Positions 26,440 to 38,253 of a stretch of DNA of 64,000 nt are shown here, in pieces; position 1 is the stretch's first letter, and each line of letters opens with the position of its first letter. Location: contig JBLDXI010000032.1 in the NCBI GenBank assembly GCA_047495785.1, positions 4,030,001 through 4,094,000 of the forward strand, in the 5' to 3' direction. Source of the DNA: Lepidodermella squamata (Eukaryota; Animalia; Gastrotricha). Under the pieces are notes generated by a model that worked only from the letters and a program-made list of their open reading frames with translations, was not told where the DNA came from and searched no databases. The translations under genes were made by a program, and so were the position numbers.

Positions 26440-27050
26440 AATGACCATTAACAACTGAAAAGTGGGGCTTTTATTTTCTGTTATTTCCAAGAAATGACAA
26501 CAAGTGTGTTGACTAGAAAAGGGACGATTCTTGCATTCCTATATTATTTTCTCTTGATGACTTGATGAACAGAGTTGCTTATCGATTTAGGTCGATGTGG
26601 GAGATTATATTCCTCACGCCACCTGATTGATCCTCACCTCAGATTACCTTAATAAAAATCTTAATTGCGCATAATAAAATAACATCAGAGTTTATTGCGC
26701 GACGAATTATTAATTGATGAAATCAAAAGGTACACTTTTTAAGCGCGAATTTTTCGAAATTAGCGACCGTAAACTTTGAAGCACAATTTCTCATGACTAT
26801 CAGCCTCTTTTTGATATAATTCGTTTATTGATCTCGAAAGCGGCATCAAAATATCACGATGTCAATAGTTCGCCAAACCCCACTTTTCATTTTTAATGGT
26901 CAAGTAATGATGTTGTTTCAGCTGTTTTCTATCAATCGATCGATAGTTAATACTTAGGAAACGTGCGTTATTCGATGTTGACGCCCAAAAACTTGTTTTT
27001 ATCGTCCGACTTCTCAGCGTGTAAATTTTCATAACAAAATAAATCGAGAA

Positions 27051-27542
27051 ATGCATCTGCAATTTTTTTCCATAGCTGTACTAGCGGTGTCGGACATATT
27101 CAGCCTGGCTGAATGCTCTGAACTTGATGCAGGGGGATTCTTATCAATTCTGCGAACTGGGAGTACAGCTGGCTTGGGTGGAGGTACCATACCAACAAGC
27201 AGGAGACCTGCATCTAACAAGCCATCGGATATTTCTCGTCGCTATCACACCCAACGTGAAGTCGAACGATTAAGGCGGCTCAACTTGTCGAAACTTTTGA
27301 GCGCCCATGTGCCATCGCATATTTTGAAACGAATGACAACAGCTAATAATTTAGGCTTTGCAGCCATAAAGCCGGGCGTCAATAGATCAAAGTCAACTAA
27401 AGTCGGTCATAAAGTGAGCATGGCGGCGTCTTTACGTACGGCGAATGAAGAATTCAGGAAAACATGGGATAAGGTTTCGCTGTACCACGTAAATCTCATC
27501 AAGTGGTTGGCCGGCTCTAAATACGGACTGTCAGATGTTTAA
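27051..27542 (+). CDS. SNNLG-family secreted precursor 4 (ANNLG variant)
   Basis: Signal, R-TGSTAGLGGG, SNKP, RRLNLSKLLSAHVP...ANNLG, NLIKWLAGSKYG. Confidence 0.87.
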   Translation: MHLQFFSIAVLAVSDIFSLAECSELDAGGFLSILRTGSTAGLGGGTIPTSRRPASNKPSDISRRYHTQREVERLRRLNLSKLLSAHVPSHILKRMTTANNLGFAAIKPGVNRSKSTKVGHKVSMAASLRTANEEFRKTWDKVSLYHVNLIKWLAGSKYGLSDV

Positions 27543-27971
27543 ATCCTTCGCGCATTATTATCGTCAAATTTTAGTGCGCTCAGACTGGACTCGCGATATA
27601 TGTCCTAATATCCTATAATAATATATCTGAAAATCCCTCTAATAAAAATTCACAGCATGAATTGCTTATTATTATTATTATTATAAAAGCAACAAAGTAG
27701 AGGCGGTCATTTGCACTCCTCAAATTATCGATCGAATATAACAGGCAATATTGTCAGTGAATATTGAATATCATACTTCCGTTGCATCAAGCCGAAAAAT
27801 GAAGCAAATTAGGGTCATGACAAGAAGCCCGCCATGCGAACCTAGAAACGCGAGTAATATGATACTGTGTCAAACGTGACACCCGTCCCCTCTAATTACT
27901 GAGCGATTTACGCAGGAGCGAGGCAATCACAGAGCGATGCAGACTTGATAATTTCAACAAAATCTCAACCT

Positions 27972-28529
27972 ATGATTAGCTATTTATTTTACTCGATCCC
28001 GATCATATTCCTCGCCCTGGAGGCGCCAGTAAGTGTTCGCGGGCAGTACACGTTGATGGAGCAAATGGTGCTGAGTGATGCTGCCTTAAACGATAGAGAC
28101 AACAATATCGAAATTCGGAAGCGAACAGGAATATCAGCTGGCCTCGGAGGTGGTGGCAACTCAGGCGCGAGGAGGCATCAATTTTCGCGGCTTTCTTCAT
28201 CGTCAAACAAGCCTTTCGTCATATCTCGCCGATACAGATTCAAAGCCGAGGAACAGCGAAATCGGCGACTTAATTTGGATAAATTGGTATCGGCCTATAT
28301 TCCGACAGAGATTAGGCAAAGGCTCACGATATCTAACAACCTTGGCTTTTCGAAAATTCGCCCGCAACCCTACCAACAATACGCGCCAGTGAAAAATCTC
28401 GCAGTGAGAACGGCGGCTAAATCGCCAGTTATTCCTTACAACGGGATGCGATATTTTCGAAAACCGACAGGTCACCATCTCAATCTCATAAAATGGCTGA
28501 AAAGCTCAAAATACGGCTACGATGTATAG
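27972..28529 (+). CDS. SNNLG-family secreted precursor 5
   Basis: Likely ATG 27972; RKR-TGISAGLGGGG, RRLNLDKLVSAYIP...SNNLG, NLIKWLKSSKYG. Confidence 0.87.
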   Translation: MISYLFYSIPIIFLALEAPVSVRGQYTLMEQMVLSDAALNDRDNNIEIRKRTGISAGLGGGGNSGARRHQFSRLSSSSNKPFVISRRYRFKAEEQRNRRLNLDKLVSAYIPTEIRQRLTISNNLGFSKIRPQPYQQYAPVKNLAVRTAAKSPVIPYNGMRYFRKPTGHHLNLIKWLKSSKYGYDV

Positions 28530-29131
28530 CTACGTTTACATTAGTATTTGCGATGAGAAGCTTCCTTTTGCTGCGATGTTTTTTTTCAGTCGAATGAGAA
28601 ATCTAAATAAATAATGCGGTGCAATGATTCAATTTTATTATTATTTTTCTTGGCTGAATTGATAGAATTTCCAAGAATTACTACGACACGACCTCCGCCC
28701 TATTAATAAGAGCCATTCACAGGATTAGCCAATCGATACCTTATTTTGGCAAGGCTAATGTAAATAATAAAAGAAAATTCAATTTTTCTACTGCGCACTC
28801 CGGATTTGACCGGGTATCTTTATTCCGATCGGGATTTAACGGAGCGATAATTTGCATCAACAGACAACACGCGCAAGTGCACGCGTAATTGCCGCTGAGT
28901 CGACGCTGTCCGCCTTCCGATGCGAATGAGTCCAATTGGGCGAAAAAAGTTTGTTTCCTAGACATCATAGCTTGGGCGTGTGACTCAATATTTTTTGGCC
29001 CACACACGCAGCCGCATTACATCACCGCGTGTCCTATCGCCTAATTTTTTTCAATTGCGATATTGTTCTAGTTTCTTTTCGATTCAATCCACTTGTAAAT
29101 AATAAAACTCCTGAGATAATATTTTCAAATT

Positions 29132-29593
29132 ATGAATGTCAGTATTATTCCTTATGCGTTAATCTGGACTATTTGCGCGTTCACCTTCACGGCCGATGCA
29201 GTTAACGATAGCTTCGACGAATCTGATATTTTTGAACTAGTCAAAAGGAGAGGAGCAGCTGGCGGGAACAGCTACAACGGGCGGCGAAGAGCGTCCGCAA
29301 GTCATGCTTCGTCGACCAACCGGGCTTATCACATGGGCAATCGGCACCAATCTATGCGCGAATTTACTCGGGCTCAGAAATTGAAAATCGCAAAATTCGT
29401 CGCGACTCAAATTCCGTCATCGATGAAATCATTAATGCTAAGGTCCAATAACGTTGGGATGCCGCTTCATTACAGCAAATCGCTGACTTTATTCAAAAAC
29501 AAGGCAAGAACTGTGGATGAGAAGTTGCGACGTCAGTTCAAGCTAAACGTTTTAAATTGGTTGAAAGCTATGAAAAATGGCGCCGATGTTTGA
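29132..29593 (+). CDS. SNNLG-family secreted precursor 6 (SNNVG variant)
   Basis: Signal, acidic pro-region, KRR-GAAGGNSYNG-RRR, LKIAKFVATQIP...SNNVG, NVLNWL. Confidence 0.88.
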   Translation: MNVSIIPYALIWTICAFTFTADAVNDSFDESDIFELVKRRGAAGGNSYNGRRRASASHASSTNRAYHMGNRHQSMREFTRAQKLKIAKFVATQIPSSMKSLMLRSNNVGMPLHYSKSLTLFKNKARTVDEKLRRQFKLNVLNWLKAMKNGADV

Positions 29594-29921
29594 TATTAAT
29601 TCATTATATTCATAGTTTTAGGTAGAAAAACAAATAAATTTTTGAAATTTTTGCTGTTTACACATTTTATGGTTGAATTAATTAGAACACTGAACTATTA
29701 CTTCCGCGTGCTCATCAATAAAATTAGCCGAATGACTTCCGGTAAATATATTTACAAAATCGCAAAAATCGATACAGTTTACGCGCGAGTGCGATTTTAC
29801 GCGCCCCCCGCGATGCCACTCTTCGATGGGCCACTCTCACCTCCACCTTAATGGGTGTATTTTGGCAGACAGGCATGACAATGCGTGGGTCGTCATCAGT
29901 GAAGTTTTGTTATTTCAAAAC

Positions 29922-30524
29922 ATGGAATTGATGCCCAGAGAAACTTTGAGCGCCTTCTCTAAAGCTTTCGTCATATTCGCGTTCGCTTTCACAGTTTTGC
30001 TACTTTTTATGACAGGCGTCGTTGAACAGATTAGACACCCTGAACTCCAGTACCTTGATGACTTTACTACTGTGTCGGATGAAATAGCGAACACCGCAAC
30101 AGTAGATGCGCCGGTACCATTCCCAGAACCAATAAATGAAACACTGGACAAGTCTTTAGATGTCGATAAAAGGGGGAGTGGTTCGGCTGGTGGCAATTAC
30201 GGCAACCGAAGGCGGCCTGGTAGCCAATCTCCAGCAAGCCGAGGTGGCCTAGCTGCTAACCGCCACCACGTCGCCCGCGAGCAGAGCAGAGCTCAGCAGC
30301 TCAAGTTGAAAAAGTACATCGCCACTCAAATACCGTATGGCATTCGACAGAAGTTGGTCATATCTAACAACCTGGGTTCGGCCGCTCTTGCTCGCATGAA
30401 TTCGAACAACAATAGCCGAATTTTTCGCACGAGGAATGGCACAATCATCGACACTCGCAGAATGGGCTTTCAGTCCTACGTAAATCTGCTCATGTGGATG
30501 AGAACGTTGAAGAACGGACTTTGA
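29922..30524 (+). CDS. SNNLG-family precursor 7 (longer signal/anchor and pro-region)
   Basis: Likely ATG 29922 or 29931; KR-GSGSAGGNYGN-RRR, KYIATQIP...SNNLG, YVNLLMWM. Confidence 0.85.
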   Translation: MELMPRETLSAFSKAFVIFAFAFTVLLLFMTGVVEQIRHPELQYLDDFTTVSDEIANTATVDAPVPFPEPINETLDKSLDVDKRGSGSAGGNYGNRRRPGSQSPASRGGLAANRHHVAREQSRAQQLKLKKYIATQIPYGIRQKLVISNNLGSAALARMNSNNNSRIFRTRNGTIIDTRRMGFQSYVNLLMWMRTLKNGL

Positions 30525-30744
30525 GTCCCAGGACTTTCTGATATAGTATAAGTATAATAAGTTTTAAACGAATAAAAATGTAATGGCTGATGACGCTAAT
30601 CTGTTTCCGATGATGATGTTGTGGGCTTTTCCGATGCGTGCTTGAGGTGTTAATACATGACCATGATTTTTCGTGACTACGCGCCATGATCAACGTCTCG
30701 CCTACAACTAACAACAAGGGTCAATCGTTGAAATTTTTGCGACC

Positions 30745-31239
30745 ATGAGGAAATCTACTTTTTGCCTATTAGCATTTTTTGCCAGTCTAGCTGCTGCGCA
30801 GAACTCAGCTGATGATTTGCTAAAACGGGCTGGTAGTACGGCCGGTGTTGGCAGTTCATCGACCAGCAACCGCCGCCAATTGTCATCGACTCAGCCGTCG
30901 GTTTCAAACAAATCAAGCCACGTCGGTAGCAGGAGCCGGCTGCAACGCCAGGAAATGCTGCATCGCCGCCTTAAAATTGCGAAGTTTGTCGCGACAATCC
31001 TGCCATCGGATGTTCGCGCTAAATTGCTGCACAGCAACAATTTGGGAATAGCCAGCTCGAAGATTAGATTTAAGCAGGACAATAAATTTAAGATTGGAGA
31101 CCGCAAGGAGTTGCCGATGATTAGAACTGCTCAGTCGGCTGAGCCATTCAAACCACTTGTACTTCGAAAGCCTAAATTTTACCACACAAACGTCGCGAAA
31201 ATGGTGCTAGCGAACAATAACTATGGATTTCAATTCTGA
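30745..31239 (+). CDS. SNNLG-family secreted precursor 8
   Basis: Signal, KR-AGSTAGVGSSSTSN-RR, LKIAKFVATILP...SNNLG. Confidence 0.88.
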   Translation: MRKSTFCLLAFFASLAAAQNSADDLLKRAGSTAGVGSSSTSNRRQLSSTQPSVSNKSSHVGSRSRLQRQEMLHRRLKIAKFVATILPSDVRAKLLHSNNLGIASSKIRFKQDNKFKIGDRKELPMIRTAQSAEPFKPLVLRKPKFYHTNVAKMVLANNNYGFQF

Positions 31240-32208
31240 ATATTTTATCGCAGTTGATATATTCAAATAAAAAAACTTTAAGAGACGCTTTAAAAATCAT
31301 TTTAAACACCCTCTACTTATGATCACGATTAATTTTATTCATTTATTCCTCTTTCTCCTCCACATAATTGATTGTGTCAGTTTTGAGGTGACACGTGACA
31401 GGTAGAAAATCTGTGCTTTTTTGCTTTTCATCCATGTAATAAAATTGCAAACTCCCACATCATGACGTGTCACCTTGAAAGTGACAAAAAACGAGCTGAG
31501 CTCCGATTTTGGGCAGTGCTAACGATATCATCAAGAGGGACATTTTGTTACTTATTACATGGTTTGAGTTCCCAAGGTTTAATAAACTTGTTTCAGCAGC
31601 CAAACCGCCGTTTTATACTTGTCACCTTTCGCCTTAAAATAATTGGCTTGAACAAGCTTAAAGATAGCCGCAAGCTCAAATATCAAGCTCTAATATTCCC
31701 CTGTCCTTGTAACCTGAAGGTCATATTAACAATTAACATGCCTCTATTTTATCTCGAAAAATGAATTTAGTGTTATAAATAGTCTGACATAAATCGTGCC
31801 AGAAATAAGTGTGCAGATTTTGGCGAGCTTCCATGAATAGGAAGTTGGAGCCCCACATGCACGAGAGGAAGTGCGTTTCCTAGGAGTTTTAGATCGCAAT
31901 TCAGATGATACCGCTACATTAAGTGGGTGTAGTGCAGAGGATCGCTCTAGAACAATTACACGACTTTCATTATTCCTATCGATCGCTTGACGTCCAGGCT
32001 TTTGGCTTATCGAATTAAACAGTGTCAAAAACTTTGAACATATTTTTTCGTCATCGTGTTTCCAATTTTCGAATGCGGCAGAAATTCCCTCAAGGGCGTT
32101 ATTGAATTAACACCATCGGACGACACATTGGTCACCATGGTTTGAATAAAACTCGAACATGTCAACTCCGACATGAAATTATTGTTATCAAAAGACTTGA
32201 GCGTATAA

Positions 32209-32634
32209 ATGAAATTAACTCTTGTTTTAATGCTACTAGGATTTCATCTCTCCACCGTTGTTCTCGGGAATCGAGATGACAACTTCTCCCTGGAAGCCTT
32301 TAAAAGAGCCCCTGGCTCTGCTGGCAGTAATTACGGCGGCGGCAGACGGCGATCTCAGGCACCAACTAGCAACACCTCGCAACGAGATGTTATTAAGGCG
32401 AACAAACTACGACTAGCGAAATATATTGCTGCTCAACTTCCAATTCCGATTCGGCAACAACTTTCGCGATCGAATAATCTTGGTTCTGTGTCATTTTCGC
32501 AGCTTGAAAATCTTATGAAATCACTGCCGAATAATCACAGCTCGACAAGCACTGATTCATCTTTGAAGAAACCTATTTATCAATACGTTAATTTGCTGCG
32601 ATGGCTAAGATCGCTTAACGTTGACTCACTGTGA
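32209..32634 (+). CDS. SNNLG-family secreted precursor 9
   Basis: Signal, KR-APGSAGSNYGGG-RRR, LRLAKYIAAQLP...SNNLG, YVNLLRWL. Confidence 0.88.
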   Translation: MKLTLVLMLLGFHLSTVVLGNRDDNFSLEAFKRAPGSAGSNYGGGRRRSQAPTSNTSQRDVIKANKLRLAKYIAAQLPIPIRQQLSRSNNLGSVSFSQLENLMKSLPNNHSSTSTDSSLKKPIYQYVNLLRWLRSLNVDSL

Positions 32635-33014
32635 CATCGAGGATTCAATATTATAAATAGCTATGCCAAAAACTGATCTCTTCTCATGAAATCGGATCGC
32701 CGCAGACCTTAATAAAACGAACATCGCAACTTTTTCTTGGGTGAGTCAACGCCGTTTGGAGCGTTTTTCGATCGTTCCTACTCGTGGAGAGTTAGCTAAT
32801 TTTATCAGAATTCTAGGCGATTATCCATATTGGAATTCGTAAATTCCCGAGTATCAAATTACAGACGCTACCTTGCGTCAGCCTTCATCGTCACTCAGAC
32901 TTGATCATTTAGGTATCTGACATATCGCAGATTGCTTTGATGTCTCAATTTTGCATGCATCTCCAGGGAGTCTCGCTCAGCAGGACTTATCTGGTCTAAT
33001 ATTATCCGTAAATT

Positions 33015-33431
33015 ATGTCGATGAAACTATCGAAATTTTTCAGCCTTTTCCTAGCAGCAGATCTCATCGCGAAGTCATGCGTTTGTGGGCCAATCGGTCG
33101 CAACTTTTTATCAGGTCGCAGTGGGGTTATGTTTGCAGCCCCTACAACTGCAATTTCACTCTCAACAACGGCGAGCTCACAAACAGAAACATCGCTGCTG
33201 ACGGCCGATGATTTGGATCCGCTCGTCCAGGCGTATCGAAGACTCTTCGCCGCTCTGAATGCGAAGCTTGAGGGAACAGGCCGATCCGTCTTCATCGACT
33301 CTGACTCGCAGCACCGCATATTCTCGCTTCAAAAACGTGTCAATAAAATGTTTCAAACTTTGGAACTGAAAAAGAAACACAGGCCCAAGTGGCAGCGTTG
33401 GCCGCCCACGTTGTTTGAATATTCAAAATAA
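33015..33431 (+). CDS. Secreted peptide precursor
   Basis: Signal-like N-terminus, KR before a basic C-terminal peptide, AATAAA right after the stop. Confidence 0.65.
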   Translation: MSMKLSKFFSLFLAADLIAKSCVCGPIGRNFLSGRSGVMFAAPTTAISLSTTASSQTETSLLTADDLDPLVQAYRRLFAALNAKLEGTGRSVFIDSDSQHRIFSLQKRVNKMFQTLELKKKHRPKWQRWPPTLFEYSK

Positions 33432-33834
33432 CAATAAATTGTCTTCTGAATAAACGCCTTGCTATGTTATGGGGAAGTTGAAGGATAATGTTTCCTGATT
33501 TCTGTATCGCAACTTAGCCTGTTTCCCCGCCTACTGTCCTATTATTTGTCGCGATTCGGATCAGTTTCAGAAGAGAAAAGGCGCATCTTCCTATAGTTCT
33601 ATGCTTTGTTAGGTGGGTCTCACATGACGTTTCGTGCTCACGAGGCGTGATATGCGCGGATACTTCTGTAGTGTCTTCCGGCCGTGGATGCGAGGGGAGA
33701 GCCTTTTAACGCTGAATCGATAACATTATTTTTGCCCTTATCTCATCTGACGGCACTATATAGCTACTGTTCTACTTTTCCTATAACTCAACTCGTGGAT
33801 TAAACTCGGAAAATTCCGGTTATTAGAAACTGTA

Positions 33835-34242
33835 ATGCTGATTTCAAAGTCATTCACCCATTTAGCTTGTCTGTTGGTTGTAGTGGCCATCTGGGCTATC
33901 GAGCCAAGCTTTTGTCATTCTGCCGGCGACGATTCTTCCTCGTCCGAGGAGTTGCACAATCACGCCGGCGACATTGGCCATGTACATGCGCCTAACCAGC
34001 GGCACGCCCTCAGAATGGCCAGCCGTCTCGCCGGGGATGTCTCAAGCTCGGAGGAGGATCAACCAACCGTGAAAAGGGGTTTCCTGAAAGATTCTCTCAC
34101 CGCCCTCATCCAACAAGAACAGCCAGTGAATCGCTCCAACGAACGCCGCTACACCCTTCCCCCTGTCATCAAGAACGTGATTGAGAGGCAGCTGCAGCGA
34201 ATGAAGGCTAGGGACCTGAAAAAAACTTCGTCTCAGTTTTAA
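33835..34242 (+). CDS. Secreted prepropeptide (acidic/His pro-region, KR-GFLKDSL)
   Basis: Signal, SSSEE repeats, KR and RR sites. Confidence 0.78.
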   Translation: MLISKSFTHLACLLVVVAIWAIEPSFCHSAGDDSSSSEELHNHAGDIGHVHAPNQRHALRMASRLAGDVSSSEEDQPTVKRGFLKDSLTALIQQEQPVNRSNERRYTLPPVIKNVIERQLQRMKARDLKKTSSQF

Positions 34243-34706
34243 ACAACCTGCAAACTCAGTCATCATAAAGATGTATATTTCATCAAAGTTTGTGCATCTT
34301 TTACTTGGAGCTGTTTTCTGTTTTATTCTAATTCCAGGCGAGGCTAAACAAATAGTAAAAATATTGATTGATGTTTCAGTTTCGATGTTTTTCGAAAATT
34401 TCTCATATTTCAATGATTTCAAGCTGATTAGCTGATTTTTGTCTTACCCTCACCATCACTTCCGTGATTTCAAGAACACGAGGCGGAGATACATTTTTGA
34501 AATTCCCTCGGTGGACAATTTTTGAAATAGTAATAGTGGCACTGTAATAAAAATTGACCTTGTGATACAGCCACGTTAGTGAGCGAAAATTGTTCTGGCG
34601 CCAATTTGCTGTGTAAGCGGATTAGTTCAATAAAAAACCCATGTCGAAGCTTACTGAATCCTAACCAGAGTTCACATGAGTATAAGAGACTAACATTTTT
34701 ACAACA

Positions 34707-35078
34707 ATGATTATTTATGCATCAATTCTAGTATTACTTCTCATGTCGGAATATGCAAATGCAGCTGATTACGGCCAATATTGCGTGATGAATGCTGAAT
34801 GTAACAAATATCTGACCTGCATCGCCTCAGTTTGCACCTGTCCGACATGGATGCCGTATTACATCGGTGATAACAGATGTGCTGATTATCTGACAACAAC
34901 GCCCCGGTCTTGTCCGACCCGAACTTGCACTGCAAATGGCGACTGTGATGGTCTGATAAATCCGTATTGCGATCGGTTCAAATGCTGCAATGTCTGGAGA
35001 TCAGGAGACGAATCACTTAAAGCCGGAGCCTTAATTTTCATATGTTCCCTTCCAATCTCGTTAAATTATTACATATAA
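34707..35078 (+). CDS. Small Cys-rich secreted or GPI-type protein with an EB-module-like domain
   Basis: Signal; C-x5-C-x5-C-x4-C-x-C...C block, a second six-Cys block, hydrophobic C-terminal tail. Confidence 0.75.
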   Translation: MIIYASILVLLLMSEYANAADYGQYCVMNAECNKYLTCIASVCTCPTWMPYYIGDNRCADYLTTTPRSCPTRTCTANGDCDGLINPYCDRFKCCNVWRSGDESLKAGALIFICSLPISLNYYI

Positions 35079-35305
35079 TATAGGCCTTTACTAGAATAAA
35101 TTCATAAATGTTTTACTGAGAGGAGCGTATACGGCATTTTTTAATCAATCCTATGTTAGGATGTGGTATCCCATGGCGACTTGTTTTTTTTTGTTTCCTG
35201 CCTTTTTTACAATATTAAGAATTGAGATTGCGCAGGAGAATGGTTTTTCGGGCGAATAATGTCGTGAGTGCACTTTCGAATTTTATCGGTATAATTTCCA
35301 GACAT

Positions 35306-35470
35306 ATGCACTTGGCTCGAATCGGCGCTTTCAGCTTGGCATTCGCCATGGCCATCGGCCTATTCGCCTCTTCGACAGCCGCCTTCTACGAATATTACGG
35401 CGATTTGGACTTCTCAGATGGCTTGACTTTCAACTCATCAATCGTGGTTAACAAATCAATTGACTCATGA
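35306..35470 (+). CDS. Very small secreted acidic peptide (54 aa)
   Basis: ATG 35306, signal MHLARIGAFSLAFAMAIGLFASSTA, AATAAA downstream. Confidence 0.55.
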   Translation: MHLARIGAFSLAFAMAIGLFASSTAAFYEYYGDLDFSDGLTFNSSIVVNKSIDS

Positions 35471-36012
35471 AAAATAGGGACAATTCCAGGCCGATATTTA
35501 TCAACATTTTTTTATCACGTGGCTCATGTCTAGCGAAAATGAATTAATAAAAGGCGCTTTTTTTACTTGTGTCGGGAAAGTTCGTGATTTTAATTAGCGT
35601 GCGCAGCCGACGGCCAATGTTGCCCTCGGCAATTTCGACACTGTTTTTTCGCCATCATCGAATCCTCTGAGGAAGCGCAACGCAGAGTGGGAGTGTAAAA
35701 TTAGTTTTTTGTTGCTATTACGGATTTTTGTGGTGGATTTTTTTCAAACTAGAAAGACTTACCAAAGATCAAACATATTTTTCTTTACAAAACAGGCGCA
35801 ATCCATATTGATGGCCAATAAAGAAAAATATTGACTCCAGGTAACCATCTATCAAGGAATGAATCATTGACTGGACATATTTATTTACCCTCCTACTTGC
35901 GGACACAGCAGCGTATAAAACCCCCGCTTTAAATTATTTGGGACTCAATTTGTAAAACCCTAAATTCTTCTTCAATTTTGATAGAGAATTTAAACATTCT
36001 TAACAAGGAAAA

Positions 36013-36429
36013 ATGGCGAAAATTATGCAAGCAGCAGTCTTTGCAGTCTTCCTATTGGTTGCGATCAATTTATTGGAAACCGAGGCCTTCAACCCGATTC
36101 TGACCGGTGGTAAGTACGAACCGAAAGCTCCAGTTGTTGTTCGACCGCCGCATCTGCGCATGAACAAACGCTGGATGACCCTGGACGACGATTCGACATC
36201 GCACGAATCGATCAGTGAGTCATCATCCCCTTCTCCAGAAGCTTTTGACAAACGGGGCTTTGCTGATTTATTCAAACAGGTCAACGTTGATTATGATGCT
36301 GATCGGCAAGTAGTCACGAAACAGCCGCTTCGAAAATTCATGTACGCCCCAGCGCAATACAGACACGTTTTTAGCTTGAGAAAAGGCGGCAGTGCTAGGC
36401 TTTTCCCTAAAATTATTTTAACACTTTGA
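36013..36429 (+). CDS. Neuropeptide-like precursor with multiple KR sites
   Basis: TATAAAA at 35914; signal; FNPILTG-GK, MNKR-W, DKR-GFADLFK. Confidence 0.8.
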   Translation: MAKIMQAAVFAVFLLVAINLLETEAFNPILTGGKYEPKAPVVVRPPHLRMNKRWMTLDDDSTSHESISESSSPSPEAFDKRGFADLFKQVNVDYDADRQVVTKQPLRKFMYAPAQYRHVFSLRKGGSARLFPKIILTL

Positions 36430-36648
36430 ACGCATGAGTCATTCAAGTAAAACTGTTGTTTCATCGGAAAAAAATGCAAGGACGTCATGATGTTTTCAAT
36501 GACGCATGAGGACTTCCGTTTCAGACTTGGGCCTGCTATTCTGGTGTCAGGTTACAAGTGTTGCGGAGACATCAGCGCTGTTTTGATGAATAAGTTGATA
36601 CTATTTAAAACTTTAATATTTCTCGGCTCTTAGCTCTCAGGAATAGCA

Positions 36649-36891
36649 ATGCGTTTTTTGTCAGTATTCTCGTTATGGCTACTTCTTCTCCTGGCAGTGA
36701 TTTCCGGATCATCGAAACCTTTCCGACCTCCAGCCAAGTCAGCTTTCAGCCCAGCTAATCGCCTGATGAAGCCACAGATGGATCGAGAAGCTAATGGCAA
36801 CAAACCCCGAGCAGCTAACGAAAACGTCGAGTTTCACCGAGTCGTTCCAAGCTTTCGAAGTTATGCAAAGAAATTCAGAAAGACACGTTAG
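36649..36891 (+). CDS. Small secreted basic peptide
   Basis: Leu-rich signal; upstream CTATTTAAA. Confidence 0.7.
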   Translation: MRFLSVFSLWLLLLLAVISGSSKPFRPPAKSAFSPANRLMKPQMDREANGNKPRAANENVEFHRVVPSFRSYAKKFRKTR

Positions 36892-37385
36892 AGAAAAAAC
36901 CTAAACAAATGTTGTCACCATCGTTCATCTTATGATATTTAGGCTGTTGGATGTTGTAGCTTGGCTGGAACATTATCACCTCAATAAGATTTTTAAATTT
37001 CCGACTAAATACTCGCTATCTGTGCGATCAGAGAAAAAATATTTTAATTTTACTTGACCGGATTTCGAATTGTCGTTCGATTTTAAATTCCATGCAAGCC
37101 TCCGTTACTCCGCAAAACGGCAGTGTTCTGTTAAAGGTTTTAAGAAATTAAATGGCGTGCTAATAAATGACTTTTCGCACCCTAATTTCCTTCGAATTTG
37201 AACTGAAACGAGAAGACTTTTAATCACCAGTCTGGAGGGAAGTGCGAACTGAAATAGTATTCTTTTGTTTTTTGTTTTTCCCACGTTTGTTGCCGGACGA
37301 CGTAGTAACCACGCTGAGAAGAGTTCGTGATTTCAAACGTACAGTTAGCTATTCATAGCATTTACGTTTTATTTTAAACGTTGTC

Positions 37386-37703
37386 ATGAGGCAAATTCTG
37401 ACTTTCCTCGCGATCTTAGCTTTTATCGGTGAAGCGTCCAGCCTATCTCTAAATGGAAGTGGCAGGCTATGGCAGAAGATTTACGACGAAGAAAGGCGTG
37501 CAATCCTGGAAAAGTTTAATGATGGCTTGCAGCAGCGAAACTTTCTGAAAGCTCCCAACGTCAGACGGCTACTGCTGGGTCTTGCAAGCGATCAGCCATC
37601 GGAAAATCAACCAAATGCCCCCGATAGCAGGGAGGAAAATGTACCATCTTCAGGCGCCATCGGCCCAATTCGAGTACCGAAAGTTACTAAGCGCCCACTT
37701 TAA
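37386..37703 (+). CDS. Small secreted peptide precursor
   Basis: Signal ending ASS; RR sites. Confidence 0.7.
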   Translation: MRQILTFLAILAFIGEASSLSLNGSGRLWQKIYDEERRAILEKFNDGLQQRNFLKAPNVRRLLLGLASDQPSENQPNAPDSREENVPSSGAIGPIRVPKVTKRPL

Positions 37704-38253
37704 TCCTCTGAACAGCCCACAAAATGTATTTTTTTTCATGGAAACACAAATAAATTTCATCAAGCTGATGATAAATTTCTGTAAAAAATAAGGCTGATGA
37801 GTCATGAGCAGCCATGAGACATTTTATTTTGGGAGCAATTTTCGAAAATAAACTGATGAAATTGGCACTGAATTTCGCAATCATTTGGACGAATATAACT
37901 CCCTATGTGTAGGTGCAGATAAAACGTAGGCTATGAAAACATCAATCGTATAAAGATGCTATCAGCATCACAGCCGGAAGCGACGTAATCATCGTGGGGC
38001 GGAGCAAGTCGTCGTTTCTAAATTCGATTTTTTTTACTACTACTCATCGTGGCGCGCGGGGAGCGATGATGACTCATAATATGGAAATGAAGCGATTAGT
38101 GAGCGATATCAGGCTTTTCAAGTCGTTTTTACGAGTAAACAAATCTGCGCTAATGCCGTCCGGCGGCTATAAATGGCAATCTCCACCGTCCATCAGTCGC
38201 GTTTTCAGAAACTCGAAATATACATATCCAACTGACCAATTTTATTATCAATC

